From Candidatus Sigynarchaeum calidifontis (GTDB taxonomy: Archaea > Asgardarchaeota > Lokiarchaeia > Sigyniarchaeales > Sigyniarchaeaceae), in NCBI GenBank assembly GCA_030587475.2, contig JAUQYZ020000024.1, positions 1 through 44,086 on the forward strand: a stretch of DNA of 44,086 nt, given 5' to 3'. The notes beneath the pieces are model-generated. The model did no database searches, was not told the DNA's origin, and saw only the letters and a list, made by a program, of their open reading frames with translations. The position numbers were made by a program, and so were the translations under genes. This document shows, piece after piece, positions 30,201 to 39,588 of the stretch (positions are counted from its first letter, which is position 1; every line of letters starts with the position of its first letter).

Positions 30201-31146
30201 TCACCCAGACAATCTTGTTCTCGACAGTGATGCTAACTCCTTCCGTCATCTGTTCGGAGATGTTTCTAAATTTCTCCTCGCTTGCATGCAGAGCGGATTC
30301 AGCGCGTGCACGAGCGATGGCACTGCCCATTTGTGCCGCGATGGTCTCGAGTGATCTTCGGGTCTCGGTAGGTACGGTCATTGATCGCTGCGAGAGCAAG
30401 ACAATCACGCCAAGGAAGGCGCCTTTATGGAGGAGGGGAAGCATGGAAGCACAGCCGATAGGAAAATCGGGCCCTTTGGAGCGCAAGTTTTCCCTGTAAA
30501 TCGGTGTTCCTTTCATAAACTGGGAAAAGCCTTCACGCTGGTTAAACCGTTGGCCGACATACCAGTCGACCATTTCCTCGGGAATATTTATCTTGAACAC
30601 GGGGCGGAATTTCCCAGGTTCATCAGTCTCGAATACAACCCCGGTATCGAACGAGCCGACTTCCAGCATCACATCGAGACACGCCTTGTATATCGTGGCC
30701 AGATCGGAGGTCGCGCCGACTTTTACCGCCAAGTCCCTTTGGATCCTGATGATGGAGTCCGCGCGGAATAGATCCGTGATGTCCGCGATGATGATGTACC
30801 GGTAAAGCGCGGGATCTTCACGGGGGTAGTGAAAGTGGCAATGCACGTAGGCGCGGGTTCCATCCTTGCGCATCACCCAAAACGAAAGCTCACGGATATC
30901 TCGCCGGTGGTGCAAGACGCTGTCGAGATATTGCTGTATCGCGGAACGGTCTCCGTCGGACGCAGCAAAGTCTACGAACCCCTTTTCAGCGATCTCTTCT
31001 TTCGGATAACCGAGGATCTGGCTTGCTTGATCGTTTACATATTTGACCTTGCCATTGTCGATGATGATGAATCCCTCGTCGATGCTAGCGAAGATCTCAG
31101 AAAGGAACTTCTCGTCCTTGTCAAGGTGTGCTTCCACGTATGTCAA
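27268..31146 (-). CDS. Cytoplasmic sensor histidine kinase (PAS-GAF-6xPAS-HisKA-HATPase)
   Basis: Repeated SEE(K/R)(F/Y)RLI..DI PAS/PAC units; H-box THELKTPL; NLISNAVK, DTGVG, GTGLGL. Confidence 0.95.
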   Translation of the reverse strand: MTYVEAHLDKDEKFLSEIFASIDEGFIIIDNGKVKYVNDQASQILGYPKEEIAEKGFVDFAASDGDRSAIQQYLDSVLHHRRDIRELSFWVMRKDGTRAYVHCHFHYPREDPALYRYIIIADITDLFRADSIIRIQRDLAVKVGATSDLATIYKACLDVMLEVGSFDTGVVFETDEPGKFRPVFKINIPEEMVDWYVGQRFNQREGFSQFMKGTPIYRENLRSKGPDFPIGCASMLPLLHKGAFLGVIVLLSQRSMTVPTETRRSLETIAAQMGSAIARARAESALHASEEKFRNISEQMTEGVSITVENKIVWVNEAYCAICGYSPEELIGKDLELILHPSEIPRLLQNLKDAMAGKPAQRRIETVGIHKSGRQIDLEFSGTIITYNGVPAVLTIVRDITERKKAERELRESEEKFRLISEHVGDIVALLDERMHLLFCNEKSLIEKLGITNKELSQKSISTLVYRDDQERMREIIAHVTSKRSGYAKGEIRFLHKDGRPLWFWIEASSYFDANGNLRGLLTARDINEKKEQELKLAESEKKYRLISENSNDLIFVLDEKATTHYVNEGSLLKILGYTTQDIKSITVDALLHPDDVAMTRDVMRAAIEKPGNMLHNEVRIKHKSGNNFIWFDFECLGFNEEGGARRLLLVGRDIQGRKEQELKLKESEERYRLLLENTSDLVFLYDKNLNILYANEQVIFKKLELGVDAFSKNRISDIVHPEDVIALLSAINYVKTRPLSTQQRELRIAHRNGHHRWFNAEFSSSTDLVGQIRIIGIFRDIHERKLQSLKLKQSEERYRLISENVNDIIILLDTELNLLYCNERALFKKLGFLASEFNKFTKPAGAQPSLIHPDDLPVILEFVQRLRKQPGVHEKHEIRISTKDGKYIWFDIDATSYTDEQAQNRLLFVGRDIQDKKENESKLIESIERLNLITENVQDNIAIINQQGKVEYINRMRQHAAVSTSSILGSDAGFLVHQDDAEKVKRFIAECFQKGHAVTMHRAIDQPSGEVRWYETIGNTFKDKDGNLKLLTISRDISERKKIEGLLENENLLLKEIDKMRKEFVLNATHELKTPLSIIIGATDFLSRYYSDIPDAKRIEFLGSIRKGSTRLKQLIETLLDYSRLESGRLQLQQLEDADIGEMVHASIQNLAYLINRRQHEIMLDIPRNIHAMVDKFRIEQVIVNLISNAVKNTPPRGTIRIELAQKGDQVHFSVTDTGVGLTPEEMSRIFKKFGKIERKGLEADIDIQGTGLGLFISKEIVDMHHGKIWAESAGRNRGSKFSFSIPVRAE

Positions 31147-31216
31147 TCCTTAATGGCATGATAAAGGGTTTGGAATAATACATGCGAGGCGTTTTTAAAC
31201 TCTGTCTGTCATCCCG

Positions 31217-32746
31217 TTATTTTTTGACCTGGAAGGTTATCTTGTAAGCTTTTGGTTTCCCGGTGGTCTCGTCGATCTTGTCGAGGTCGCCGATCCCCTC
31301 GATTTCCACCAACGCGCCCATGTACCCGCTGACCAGATCCTTGATAGTGGTGGCTTCGGCAAGCGTTCCGGGTTGGTTTGGTCGGGTTTCCACGACAAGC
31401 TCGCCGCCCGGTTGTAGCACGAGCATGCCCGACAGCAATTGCGGCTGTTTTCCCCCGACCAATTCCACCTCGGCCGGCTTGTTCAGGAACTCCTCGAGCA
31501 GGTCAGCAATAGGTATTTGATACAAGTTGGGATTATCGCGGTAAATTTTCATCTCGATGCAAGGAAAGCCACCCTCGTCGATGCATAACTTGCCCGACAC
31601 GTTGATATATCCACCAAGGTCCTTTGCTTTCCAGCGTCGCTTCGACTTTTTCATCTCGTCGGTAAGTGGAATCTCCCGGCTCGTGATTTGATTTTTTGGA
31701 TCGAAGACCCACTTGCCATCGACCTTGAGCACGGGCATGCGCTTCTCGACGGGTGGCGGCTCCTTCACGGGGGTAGGCACTTCCGCGTACCAGTAGGCAA
31801 CGCTCGAGACCTCGTTGCGCAAGTGGTTGGCGTGGCCGTGCTCGATCGTGACCTTGATCTCCTTCGTGAAGCGGACGGGGTTCTCGACGTGGAAGATATA
31901 ACTCGTCTGGTACCCCTTGGTATGTGACTCGTAGATCGAGCTGCCATTGCGCAGGAAAGCATTCGGTTGCATCCCCCACGCCTGGTTCAAGCAATCTTCG
32001 CTACCGGTACCATGGAGGTCTGGTGGCCACTTGTACCCGTCGACCCAAATCATGTCATCGCCTTCCCCCCACCAGGTTCCTTGGAAGTTCGTGATCGACA
32101 TGTTGAAGCCAATGTAATGTCCTTTTCCTTTCGTTTCGAGGATAACATAATTATTTTCCCATGCGAGCCGCTCCTTATTCGGGATGTTCGATTCCAGGGT
32201 GTTCACGGTGATCTCATGACCCCATCCACCAAATGGATTTTCCCGATGAAACTCGGCGTGGAAATAACCCATGCCATCGATGCTCGATGAGTCGGCATAT
32301 GTTTCATAATCGATGTAGAAGTATTGATTGTGTTCCTCGTTGCTCTGGTTGATCAGCTCGATGACGGCCCGTTTCTTGAACGGCATCTGCGCGTAGCAGT
32401 TCAGCGCGCAGCCCGCGTTGAACATATTGTTCGCGTTGGTCGAAGCCGAGAAGAGCAACGACTGGAAGGAGTTGACGATGCCGTGACCGAGACAGAAAAA
32501 ATCGCCGAGTGGAACGAGGATGCTGGGAAACGGCGCGTCATCCCACGTGAACTTCAAGAGCACTTCCCTGTAATGATTCGATTGCGTCATCCAGATGTGC
32601 GTTATGCAACCTGGCCCCTTGATGTCCGCTAGCACGCGGGTTTCGCCGGCCTTGATGCGCCAGGAATCGGCATTCCCGCCCGTCACGTCGTATGACGAGA
32701 ACCGCTTGGTCTTGCCGGTTTTTAGCTTTGCTAGGTCGTGGAGCAT
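31217..32746 (-). CDS. DUF2961 / GH172 family protein with C-terminal extension
   Basis: SSYDVTGGNAD, GPGCITHIWMT, VPLGDFF, WWGEGDD, GTGSED, SSVAYWY. Confidence 0.9.
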   Translation of the reverse strand: MLHDLAKLKTGKTKRFSSYDVTGGNADSWRIKAGETRVLADIKGPGCITHIWMTQSNHYREVLLKFTWDDAPFPSILVPLGDFFCLGHGIVNSFQSLLFSASTNANNMFNAGCALNCYAQMPFKKRAVIELINQSNEEHNQYFYIDYETYADSSSIDGMGYFHAEFHRENPFGGWGHEITVNTLESNIPNKERLAWENNYVILETKGKGHYIGFNMSITNFQGTWWGEGDDMIWVDGYKWPPDLHGTGSEDCLNQAWGMQPNAFLRNGSSIYESHTKGYQTSYIFHVENPVRFTKEIKVTIEHGHANHLRNEVSSVAYWYAEVPTPVKEPPPVEKRMPVLKVDGKWVFDPKNQITSREIPLTDEMKKSKRRWKAKDLGGYINVSGKLCIDEGGFPCIEMKIYRDNPNLYQIPIADLLEEFLNKPAEVELVGGKQPQLLSGMLVLQPGGELVVETRPNQPGTLAEATTIKDLVSGYMGALVEIEGIGDLDKIDETTGKPKAYKITFQVKK

Positions 32747-32828
32747 GTTTTTTCACCAATGGATCATTGGCGTATCGATTGTTTTTATCGGTTTAAGACG
32801 AGAGTGTTATCGAGGTGCAGCGAGCAAG

Positions 32829-33158
32829 ATGCCGGATAACGAATGGAACGAGCCGCCCCCGAGCCCGCGAGACGACGCGACCCGCACCCGCATCGAGCAC
32901 GACATTTACTTGAAGGCAGTGAACCATCCAACTCGACGGCGGTTGCTCGAACTCGTGGCGAAAGCCCCACTTGCGCCAGAAACTGCGGCCTTGAAGCTTG
33001 TTGAAGAAGGGCTGCTCCAAAACGATGGCCAGCTGAAATACCACCTGGACATGCTGGTCAAGGCAAGGTGCATTGAGATCGAGCGAGATCCGCAAGGGAA
33101 CATCAAGACATTGAAAATCACTCAAGCTGGCCAGGTGGTCGACTACATGGAAAAATAG
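32829..33158 (+). CDS. ArsR-type winged-helix regulator
   Basis: KAVNHPTRRRLLEL, LKYHLDML; divergent from the GH172 gene. Confidence 0.82.
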   Translation: MPDNEWNEPPPSPRDDATRTRIEHDIYLKAVNHPTRRRLLELVAKAPLAPETAALKLVEEGLLQNDGQLKYHLDMLVKARCIEIERDPQGNIKTLKITQAGQVVDYMEK

Positions 33159-33170
33159 AAGATTTTTATC

Positions 33171-34481
33171 CTATTTCTTCAGCCGCGCAATCATGTCCAC
33201 GATGATCGTGGACATCCCGATGCCCTCCTCGCCGAGCCCTTCCCCGGTGAGTGGATTATAGTATTCCCAGATACCGTTCTTGAGATAAAGTTCGACCCAC
33301 CGATCGAGGAGCAATTTGGCGACATCTTCCCGGCCGTTTTTGATCAACCCCTCCATCACGAACCACGCGAGGACGGGCCACGTGGTACCCCGCCAGAGCA
33401 GGCGGTTCCGGTTCGGGTTGAAAGTCGACTCGGCCTTCGAGACCGACGGGATGGGGTACGGCAGCCAGAACTTCTCGGGATCCTGGAGCGTGGCGATCAC
33501 TTTGTCGAGCATCTCTTGCGGGATGGTCTCGAACATGATCGGAAACAGCGATTGTGCAGTTTCCGCGTATGACACGTGCTCCTCTCCGTCCTGGTGATAG
33601 AATGAAACGAACCGCCCGAGGCGCGGGTTCCAACACTTGTAGAGGATGGCCTTTTCGAATAGAAGCTGCTTTTCCTTGCACCGGGTCGAGAGGTTCTGGT
33701 CGTATTCGGAGGCGAGCTCGGACAAGACGCCCCAGCCTGCCGCGTAGACGCTGCACACGCCGACGTCCTCGACGTTGAACAATTCCATTTCGAGGATCTT
33801 CTCGATGTCCCACTTCGCTTTCTGGCGGTAATCTTTTTGCAAGAGCAAGAATTTAGGGTAGGTCTTCCAGAATTTGCCCCGATCCTTTTCCTTGATTCGT
33901 AGCGCTGGATCGTAGATCGGAGAAGCGTCGATGCCCGATTCCCACGGGTGTATGATGCTGACAAGGCCATCGCCATCTGGATCGCGCCAGTTCTCCCACC
34001 AATCGTAATAAGCGACGAGCGGGGGCAAGAATTCCTTCAATAAAGTGACATCTTTCGTCGCGTTCCAGATGGCGCGGAGGGCGAAGGGAAGCATAGGCAT
34101 CTGCGTGATGTCCGTGAATTCGTCCCGGGAATAACCGAAGATCTTCCCGAAGAGTTTTGCAAGTATTTTCTTTGCACCACTTGTTTCTTCTCCCCAAAAG
34201 ATGATCTCGGGAATGAACCCGTTCGGTTGCTGGTACTGGAGCATCGTGCGCAAGTCGGCTATCGAGTTCTGAACATTTTTATGACTCCAGGAAATCATGT
34301 GGAATCCCGAATCCCAGAGCCACTGGTGATGGCCATATTTCGTGTTCGCGGGATAATAGAAGTGAAATTTCTTCCCCCATTTCTCCCCCTTGCATTCATG
34401 CGATTGCAAGTACGCGAAGCACGCGTTCTGCATGGCCTCGATGCTAGGATAGCTACGCACCCCGGATCTTGCTTCTACCAT
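33171..34481 (-). CDS. GH63/MGH1-like (alpha/alpha)6 glycoside hydrolase
   Basis: QWLWDSGF, HPWESGIDASP, WRGTTW, WEYYNP. Confidence 0.85.
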   Translation of the reverse strand: MVEARSGVRSYPSIEAMQNACFAYLQSHECKGEKWGKKFHFYYPANTKYGHHQWLWDSGFHMISWSHKNVQNSIADLRTMLQYQQPNGFIPEIIFWGEETSGAKKILAKLFGKIFGYSRDEFTDITQMPMLPFALRAIWNATKDVTLLKEFLPPLVAYYDWWENWRDPDGDGLVSIIHPWESGIDASPIYDPALRIKEKDRGKFWKTYPKFLLLQKDYRQKAKWDIEKILEMELFNVEDVGVCSVYAAGWGVLSELASEYDQNLSTRCKEKQLLFEKAILYKCWNPRLGRFVSFYHQDGEEHVSYAETAQSLFPIMFETIPQEMLDKVIATLQDPEKFWLPYPIPSVSKAESTFNPNRNRLLWRGTTWPVLAWFVMEGLIKNGREDVAKLLLDRWVELYLKNGIWEYYNPLTGEGLGEEGIGMSTIIVDMIARLKK

Positions 34482-34555
34482 GGTGATCGTGCTTGATCGA
34501 ACCACGGAGGGATAAATGGTTAATTGTTAATACGATCGAGAAACAACCATGATCA

Positions 34556-35278
34556 ATGAAGATCCTTCTGCTTTCGGATGTCGGTGGAAAGCCTCCGGAA
34601 ATTCCACGTGCAGTCAGCGAGAGCGTCGCCTTCGTGCTGCTGGCGGGGGATGTCACCCTCGGTGCCCGACACGAGAACGTGATCCGGCGGAATTTCGAGG
34701 CCGTCGCCGATCTCATCCCGCCGGAGAAGCAGGTCGTGTACATCCCGGGCAACCACGACCAGCCCTCCGTCGCCACGGCACAACCGTGGATGCCCCCAAA
34801 CTTCATCTTGCTGCATGACAAGCACGTCGTGCTGCACGTCGACGGGTTTCCCAGGCCGGTGCTCGTGCTCGGTTTCGGGGGTGCCAAGTTTGGCCTTTAC
34901 AACAACTTCGCGTTCAGCGAGGATGATATATCCACGCATCTATCGCGATTGTTCGACAGCACGGCGGCGGAGCGGAAAGAATCGAATGCTTTCACGATAT
35001 TGCTCGTCCACGACCCGCCATTCAACACGAGGCTCGATTTCACGTTCATGAAGACGCACGTGGGTTCCGAGGCCGTGCGGAAAGCGATAGAAACATACCA
35101 GCCCGATCTCGCGGTCGCGGGGCACATCCACGAGTCGCCCGGCGTGGACAAGATCGGCGCAACGACGTGCGTGAACGCGGGGGAGGCACGCCAGGGCCGG
35201 TATGCGATCATCCGTATCGAGCCTGAAAGTATCGAGGTGGATTTTTTCACCTCGGACCAGGAACGATCTAATCCCTAG
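34556..35278 (+). CDS. Calcineurin-like metallophosphoesterase
   Basis: SD, AGD, PGNHD, HDPP, GHIHE. Confidence 0.9.
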   Translation: MKILLLSDVGGKPPEIPRAVSESVAFVLLAGDVTLGARHENVIRRNFEAVADLIPPEKQVVYIPGNHDQPSVATAQPWMPPNFILLHDKHVVLHVDGFPRPVLVLGFGGAKFGLYNNFAFSEDDISTHLSRLFDSTAAERKESNAFTILLVHDPPFNTRLDFTFMKTHVGSEAVRKAIETYQPDLAVAGHIHESPGVDKIGATTCVNAGEARQGRYAIIRIEPESIEVDFFTSDQERSNP

Positions 35279-35297
35279 GAAAGAGATGCCGGCAAGA

Positions 35298-36254
35298 TCA
35301 GGCCACGCGCCGCCTCGCGAGCAAAGCAATACCGAAACCGATGGCGAATGGAATGAGTAATACCAGCTTCATGCCATAATAAATGTACAAGCCAAAGGAG
35401 GCGATCGGCGTGAATGGCGACAAGACATTGAAGACGCGCACGATGATTTCGAAGCCGATCAGAGAAAAAAACAAGAAAACCAGCTCATTTCGTATTTTTG
35501 CGGATTGCTTGATCGGCATCTTGTCAAAATCGAGTGATGCACGCTGGTCCCTCGGCATCAATCTGGAACCCATCGTGGCGAGTGAAAACACGAACAAGAA
35601 GAGGGTCAAGGCATAGTCTAGCAAGGTCGCATCGATACCGAACACGAGTGTTCCTTCGGGCGGCACGGGCCCGCTTGCAACGGCCGACCCCAACGCGAAT
35701 GCAAGATACACGCCATAAACGATCATGATGAGTGAAAAAATTAGAAAACGGGTCCCCTTTCTTGCTTTTTCCCCGGGCAGCTCCGTCGCGAACTTGCACA
35801 TGAACACGGTTTCCATCACGCACCAGGCGATGAATGATATCCCCAGGAGGAAAACGTTGAACAGGAATAGCAAGTAAAAGAAAAAGATGGTGGCGAACAC
35901 GACGAGTATGAGGGTGATGATGCGCACCCCCCACAATGCTTGTCGCTTCTTGCGAGCATCCCGTTTGTCACGAAACGCGCCGAAGAGCCGCCACAGGTTA
36001 AACAAGAGGAGGAACAAGAAAAGATATTGGAATTCCACGTATGCGCACATGATGATTGCGAACACGATGTTATCGGAGACGTGGCCATAGAGATATTCGC
36101 TACTCACGAGCAACAAGGCAAGCATGAAGGTGATGATGGCACTGCCGCGGATTTCCTTGTCAGTGAACAAGAATTTGAACCCGGCTAGCTTTTCTTTGAG
36201 AATTATCGTGCCACCTCGAGAGATGAGATGATGATCAGGATCTTCGATAGACAA
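35298..36254 (-). CDS. Polytopic membrane protein of unknown function
   Basis: About 8 TM segments. Confidence 0.78.
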   Translation of the reverse strand: MSIEDPDHHLISRGGTIILKEKLAGFKFLFTDKEIRGSAIITFMLALLLVSSEYLYGHVSDNIVFAIIMCAYVEFQYLFLFLLLFNLWRLFGAFRDKRDARKKRQALWGVRIITLILVVFATIFFFYLLFLFNVFLLGISFIAWCVMETVFMCKFATELPGEKARKGTRFLIFSLIMIVYGVYLAFALGSAVASGPVPPEGTLVFGIDATLLDYALTLFLFVFSLATMGSRLMPRDQRASLDFDKMPIKQSAKIRNELVFLFFSLIGFEIIVRVFNVLSPFTPIASFGLYIYYGMKLVLLIPFAIGFGIALLARRRVA

Positions 36255-36269
36255 ACAAGGTCGGAAAAA

Positions 36270-36920
36270 TCAGATTTTTCCAGACTTGGTTTTCTCCTTG
36301 GTTTCCCACTCGCCGAACTGCTTGTCAAGCTCGGAGATTAACAAGTCAGTTTGTCCTTTTTCGATAATGACGACATCCTCGTTTATTTGGAAATTTACAC
36401 TCTTCGACAGCAAGAGCAATTTATCGATCGTGTCTTTCCTGCTGGTTCCTAGCACGCTCGCGATGTCGTCGATCTTGATTCGCTCGGAGACTTTCAAGAG
36501 CGCCTTGAGCTTGTTAAGTTGCTCTTGTTGAAGGCTACTCCTCGCTCGGGGAATCCGCTGCGCGACCCTGCGCCCGGCTATCTGTTCCCGGGCCGAAATC
36601 AGGCCTGGATTGAGGCGCTTGAGCTCCGTGATCTTGATATAAAAGACAATGGTGAAGATAAAGCCGATGATGAGTAGGGGGATGCCCATACCGAATATCA
36701 TGGCTCTTAATAGGATAAACGGGAGAAATAAGGGAACGATTACAAGAGAGATGCCAATTATCAAGAAAAAGATGCCGACATTCTGCATGATCTTCCATTT
36801 TGCGAGCTTTGCTTCTGGACGGTGCTTGGCAGCACGCCGCTGCAACCACTCGCCAACGATCGAGCGACGCATGAACCACATAAAGGGAATGCTGATATTA
36901 ATCATTACTCGGCACATCAA
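36270..36920 (-). CDS. 2-TM protein with C-terminal winged-helix/PCI-like domain
   Basis: Two TM helices, then KLKALLKVSERIKIDDIASVLG...FQINEDVVII; start uncertain. Confidence 0.7.
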   Translation of the reverse strand: MMCRVMINISIPFMWFMRRSIVGEWLQRRAAKHRPEAKLAKWKIMQNVGIFFLIIGISLVIVPLFLPFILLRAMIFGMGIPLLIIGFIFTIVFYIKITELKRLNPGLISAREQIAGRRVAQRIPRARSSLQQEQLNKLKALLKVSERIKIDDIASVLGTSRKDTIDKLLLLSKSVNFQINEDVVIIEKGQTDLLISELDKQFGEWETKEKTKSGKI

Positions 36921-37005
36921 GAATGCTTAAATAACGCAAAAGATCACGATCCGGGGGGACGGTATCGTAGAAGTAGTTATAAACCAATACTAACATTACA
37001 CATCC

Positions 37006-37290
37006 ATGCCGAAGAGAACCGCGTGCACCAAGGAGGAACTCGTCAACGAGATCATCGCGCGACAAAAAGCCGTCATCGATCAGAACATTCTAGAACCGGT
37101 GCTGATCGATTTGCTCGTGCCGCTCGCTGGTGCCGAGGGAAAGATAAAGTCTATCGACGAGGAGGGAAACGTGACGATCGAATTCCAAAGCCCGATCCAA
37201 TCGCATCTCAATTACTTGACCAAGAAAAAGCTGTCGGCTCTCCTCGATATGATGGAAGAACTCTCTCCATCGAAACAAAAAACCAAGTAA
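37006..37290 (+). CDS. Hypothetical protein (94 aa)
   Basis: TTATAAA about 25 nt upstream (leaderless-type arrangement); protein-like ORF. Confidence 0.7.
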   Translation: MPKRTACTKEELVNEIIARQKAVIDQNILEPVLIDLLVPLAGAEGKIKSIDEEGNVTIEFQSPIQSHLNYLTKKKLSALLDMMEELSPSKQKTK

Positions 37291-37305
37291 CACGGGAGCC
37301 GTCCA

Positions 37306-37782
37306 TCATTCCTTCTTGATAGAAGGCAATTGGCCTTTGCTAGTCTTTTTCAAGAACACGTCGTATTCGCAAGTGGGATCGACGAGGCCGTTCTTGATAT
37401 AAACACGTGGCACCCAGAAAATGAAGTCCATTCCCATCTTCGCGGGCTTGCGAGCGAATTTGATGATACCTTGTTCGATTCCGGGCATCACGGCAGTACT
37501 TGCGGTCGTGATCGAATGGTCACCATTGCTGCTTGCCCGTGCTTCCGATTCCTTGTTCGATGTCTGTCTATCCCGATTTTCTGAAACGGGCTGATCTGGA
37601 GGCGTTTCCTTTATGATCGCGTCCCACTCATCCACGGTCTTGGACATTGCCGATTCGATGATGCCCTCGCTCACTTGGTACTTCCGGCGCAATTCAAGAT
37701 GGTCGATGTCGGGTCGAGCATCGATTTCCGCCCGGATGGTGCGTCGGGTTTCCATTCCCGCGCGCGTCATTTTCTTTCCCAT
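37306..37782 (-). CDS. HTH-like + AbrB-like two-domain protein
   Basis: N-domain aligns with ORF 43168-43572, C-domain with ORF 39237-39428; polar linker between them. Confidence 0.8.
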   Translation of the reverse strand: MGKKMTRAGMETRRTIRAEIDARPDIDHLELRRKYQVSEGIIESAMSKTVDEWDAIIKETPPDQPVSENRDRQTSNKESEARASSNGDHSITTASTAVMPGIEQGIIKFARKPAKMGMDFIFWVPRVYIKNGLVDPTCEYDVFLKKTSKGQLPSIKKE

Positions 37783-38026
37783 ACAGAATCAGAGTTCATA
37801 GTCCTACAGTGGATTTATAGAATCCGATTTTGTGAAAAGGAAAATCGCAAAAAATCGAGATATCATGCGTTTGTATCATCCAGTTATGTCATAATCCCAC
37901 TTTGAAGGCATGTAAAGGATGCTATGGATGATCCGATCGTTCAACTCGGCTTTCTGGTCCTTAAATAGGTTTTTTTTCCAACATGCCAACTGAAAAATTA
38001 AAGTGCCGTGCATGGATGAAAGTGCC

Positions 38027-39013
38027 ATGAACTTATGGATCCTCGTCTTTTGCCTCCTGGGACTAGTGGGATACACGCTTGCATCCTATGTTTTTTGTAT
38101 TCTCCTCAACTTCAAGTATCACGACAGCTATTTGGACGTGGACATCATCTACCCGCGGCGGCGCCCCGCTGGAGTGGCACCGGATACATTTCTCGTCGAT
38201 TTCCACACGCACACGACTGCATCGGACGGGCTACTCAGCCCCTCGCAGCTGGTTGCCTGGTCAATATCGAACGGGTACGACGGGCTCGTGGTTTCCGATC
38301 ACAACACGATGGACGCTGTCGAGGCAGTCAAGGAGGCCGCGGCGCGGATGAACCCGGCATTCGTCGTGATCCCCGGCGTCGAGTTCACGTCGCTGCGCGC
38401 GCACATGAACTTGATCGGCGTGAGAACGCCCATGAAACGGCCGAATCTCCTCTGGCCGAGCAAGAAAACCATCAAGAAGGCGATTGAACACGCGCACGCC
38501 GAGGGTGGCGTCGTTCAATTCAACCATCCGGCGTGGTACCCATACAAGGTCTTGAAGCACTTGCCGCGCGCGTGGTGGCTTGCCCAAGGGATCGACGGGT
38601 GGGAGGTGTACAACGGTTTCGGCTTCATCGACGAGGGTGCGCTCGATTTTATCAAGCAACACAAGGGCGATCGCGTGATGTTCGCCAGCGCCGGGACGGA
38701 CGTGCATGATCCAGCAAAACACCACCGCGTGTACACGGAGGTGCTCACGGAGGATCGATCAGTGGAAGGGGTCATCGCAGCATTGAAGGCTGGAAGGACG
38801 CGTGTTTTTCACGTGATGGGCACGGAACAAGACAATGAACGACCGGAGCGCGGGAAACTCGTCCGTGACCCTGCGCGACAACATTATATCCGTAAGTGGA
38901 TCCTTCTTGACTGGATCGGCATCGGGCTCCTGGAAGGAAAGTACCGGCGAGCGTTGCGGCTGTTTCCGGTCTTGATCATCGCACTGGGTCTCGTCATCTC
39001 GCTTCTAGCATGA
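38027..39013 (+). CDS. Membrane-anchored PHP-domain phosphoesterase
   Basis: DFHTHTTASDG, SDHN, PGVE, NHP, GTDVH; N- and C-terminal TM. Confidence 0.88.
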   Translation: MNLWILVFCLLGLVGYTLASYVFCILLNFKYHDSYLDVDIIYPRRRPAGVAPDTFLVDFHTHTTASDGLLSPSQLVAWSISNGYDGLVVSDHNTMDAVEAVKEAAARMNPAFVVIPGVEFTSLRAHMNLIGVRTPMKRPNLLWPSKKTIKKAIEHAHAEGGVVQFNHPAWYPYKVLKHLPRAWWLAQGIDGWEVYNGFGFIDEGALDFIKQHKGDRVMFASAGTDVHDPAKHHRVYTEVLTEDRSVEGVIAALKAGRTRVFHVMGTEQDNERPERGKLVRDPARQHYIRKWILLDWIGIGLLEGKYRRALRLFPVLIIALGLVISLLA

Positions 39014-39236
39014 TTTGCGAACCGTGGTAAAAAGAAAAGTTCAACATGATAACACCCGATAATCCGGGGGATTCGTTTCTTCATACCGAGATCTGGAAAT
39101 GATACATCAGAAAACACCCGTTTCATGCACTCATTCCAACTTCTAGTCCTAGATGATGTCCTTTTATTTACCCGTGGTGAAACTGGAACTTACCGTGCCG
39201 TCCGGGAAAAACGGCACGTGGTCGTGGGAAGCATCG

Positions 39237-39428
39237 ATGGGAACCGAGCAGCAGCCAGGCGGCGAGCTGGATCGAGACAAGAGTATCGTGGCGTTCCGGC
39301 GCAAACCTGCCAAGACAGGCGTAAATTATATCATCTGGATACCGCGAGAGATCGTGCGAAAGGGTCTCATTGACCCCGACGCCGAGTACGAGGTCTTTTT
39401 ACGGAAGGCCGAGAAGAAAAAGGATTGA
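39237..39428 (+). CDS. Small AbrB/MazE-like protein (63 aa)
   Basis: RKPAKTG..YIIWIPR....GLIDPD.EYEVFL; 22/41 identical to C-domain of 37306-37782. Confidence 0.75.
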   Translation: MGTEQQPGGELDRDKSIVAFRRKPAKTGVNYIIWIPREIVRKGLIDPDAEYEVFLRKAEKKKD

Positions 39429-39446
39429 CATACCGTTGGCAAGGGA

Positions 39447-39581
39447 TGGGCGAGCCCGGCAGCCCGGCACGTGCTACCTTCAACAATGAAGGGAGAGGGA
39501 GGGAGTATGGGAAGCCGCGACAGGTCGTTGCGGGAAAACGAAGGGACACTCGCCGGGCATTCCTTGGCCGGGGCTCGCCCG
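39447..39581. repeat. Long inverted repeat / stem-loop between convergent small genes
   Basis: GGGCGAGCCC (39448-57)/GGGCTCGCCC (39571-80) plus GCCCGGC (39462-68)/GCCGGGC (39552-58). Confidence 0.7.
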
Positions 39582-39588
39582 TGGTTTT

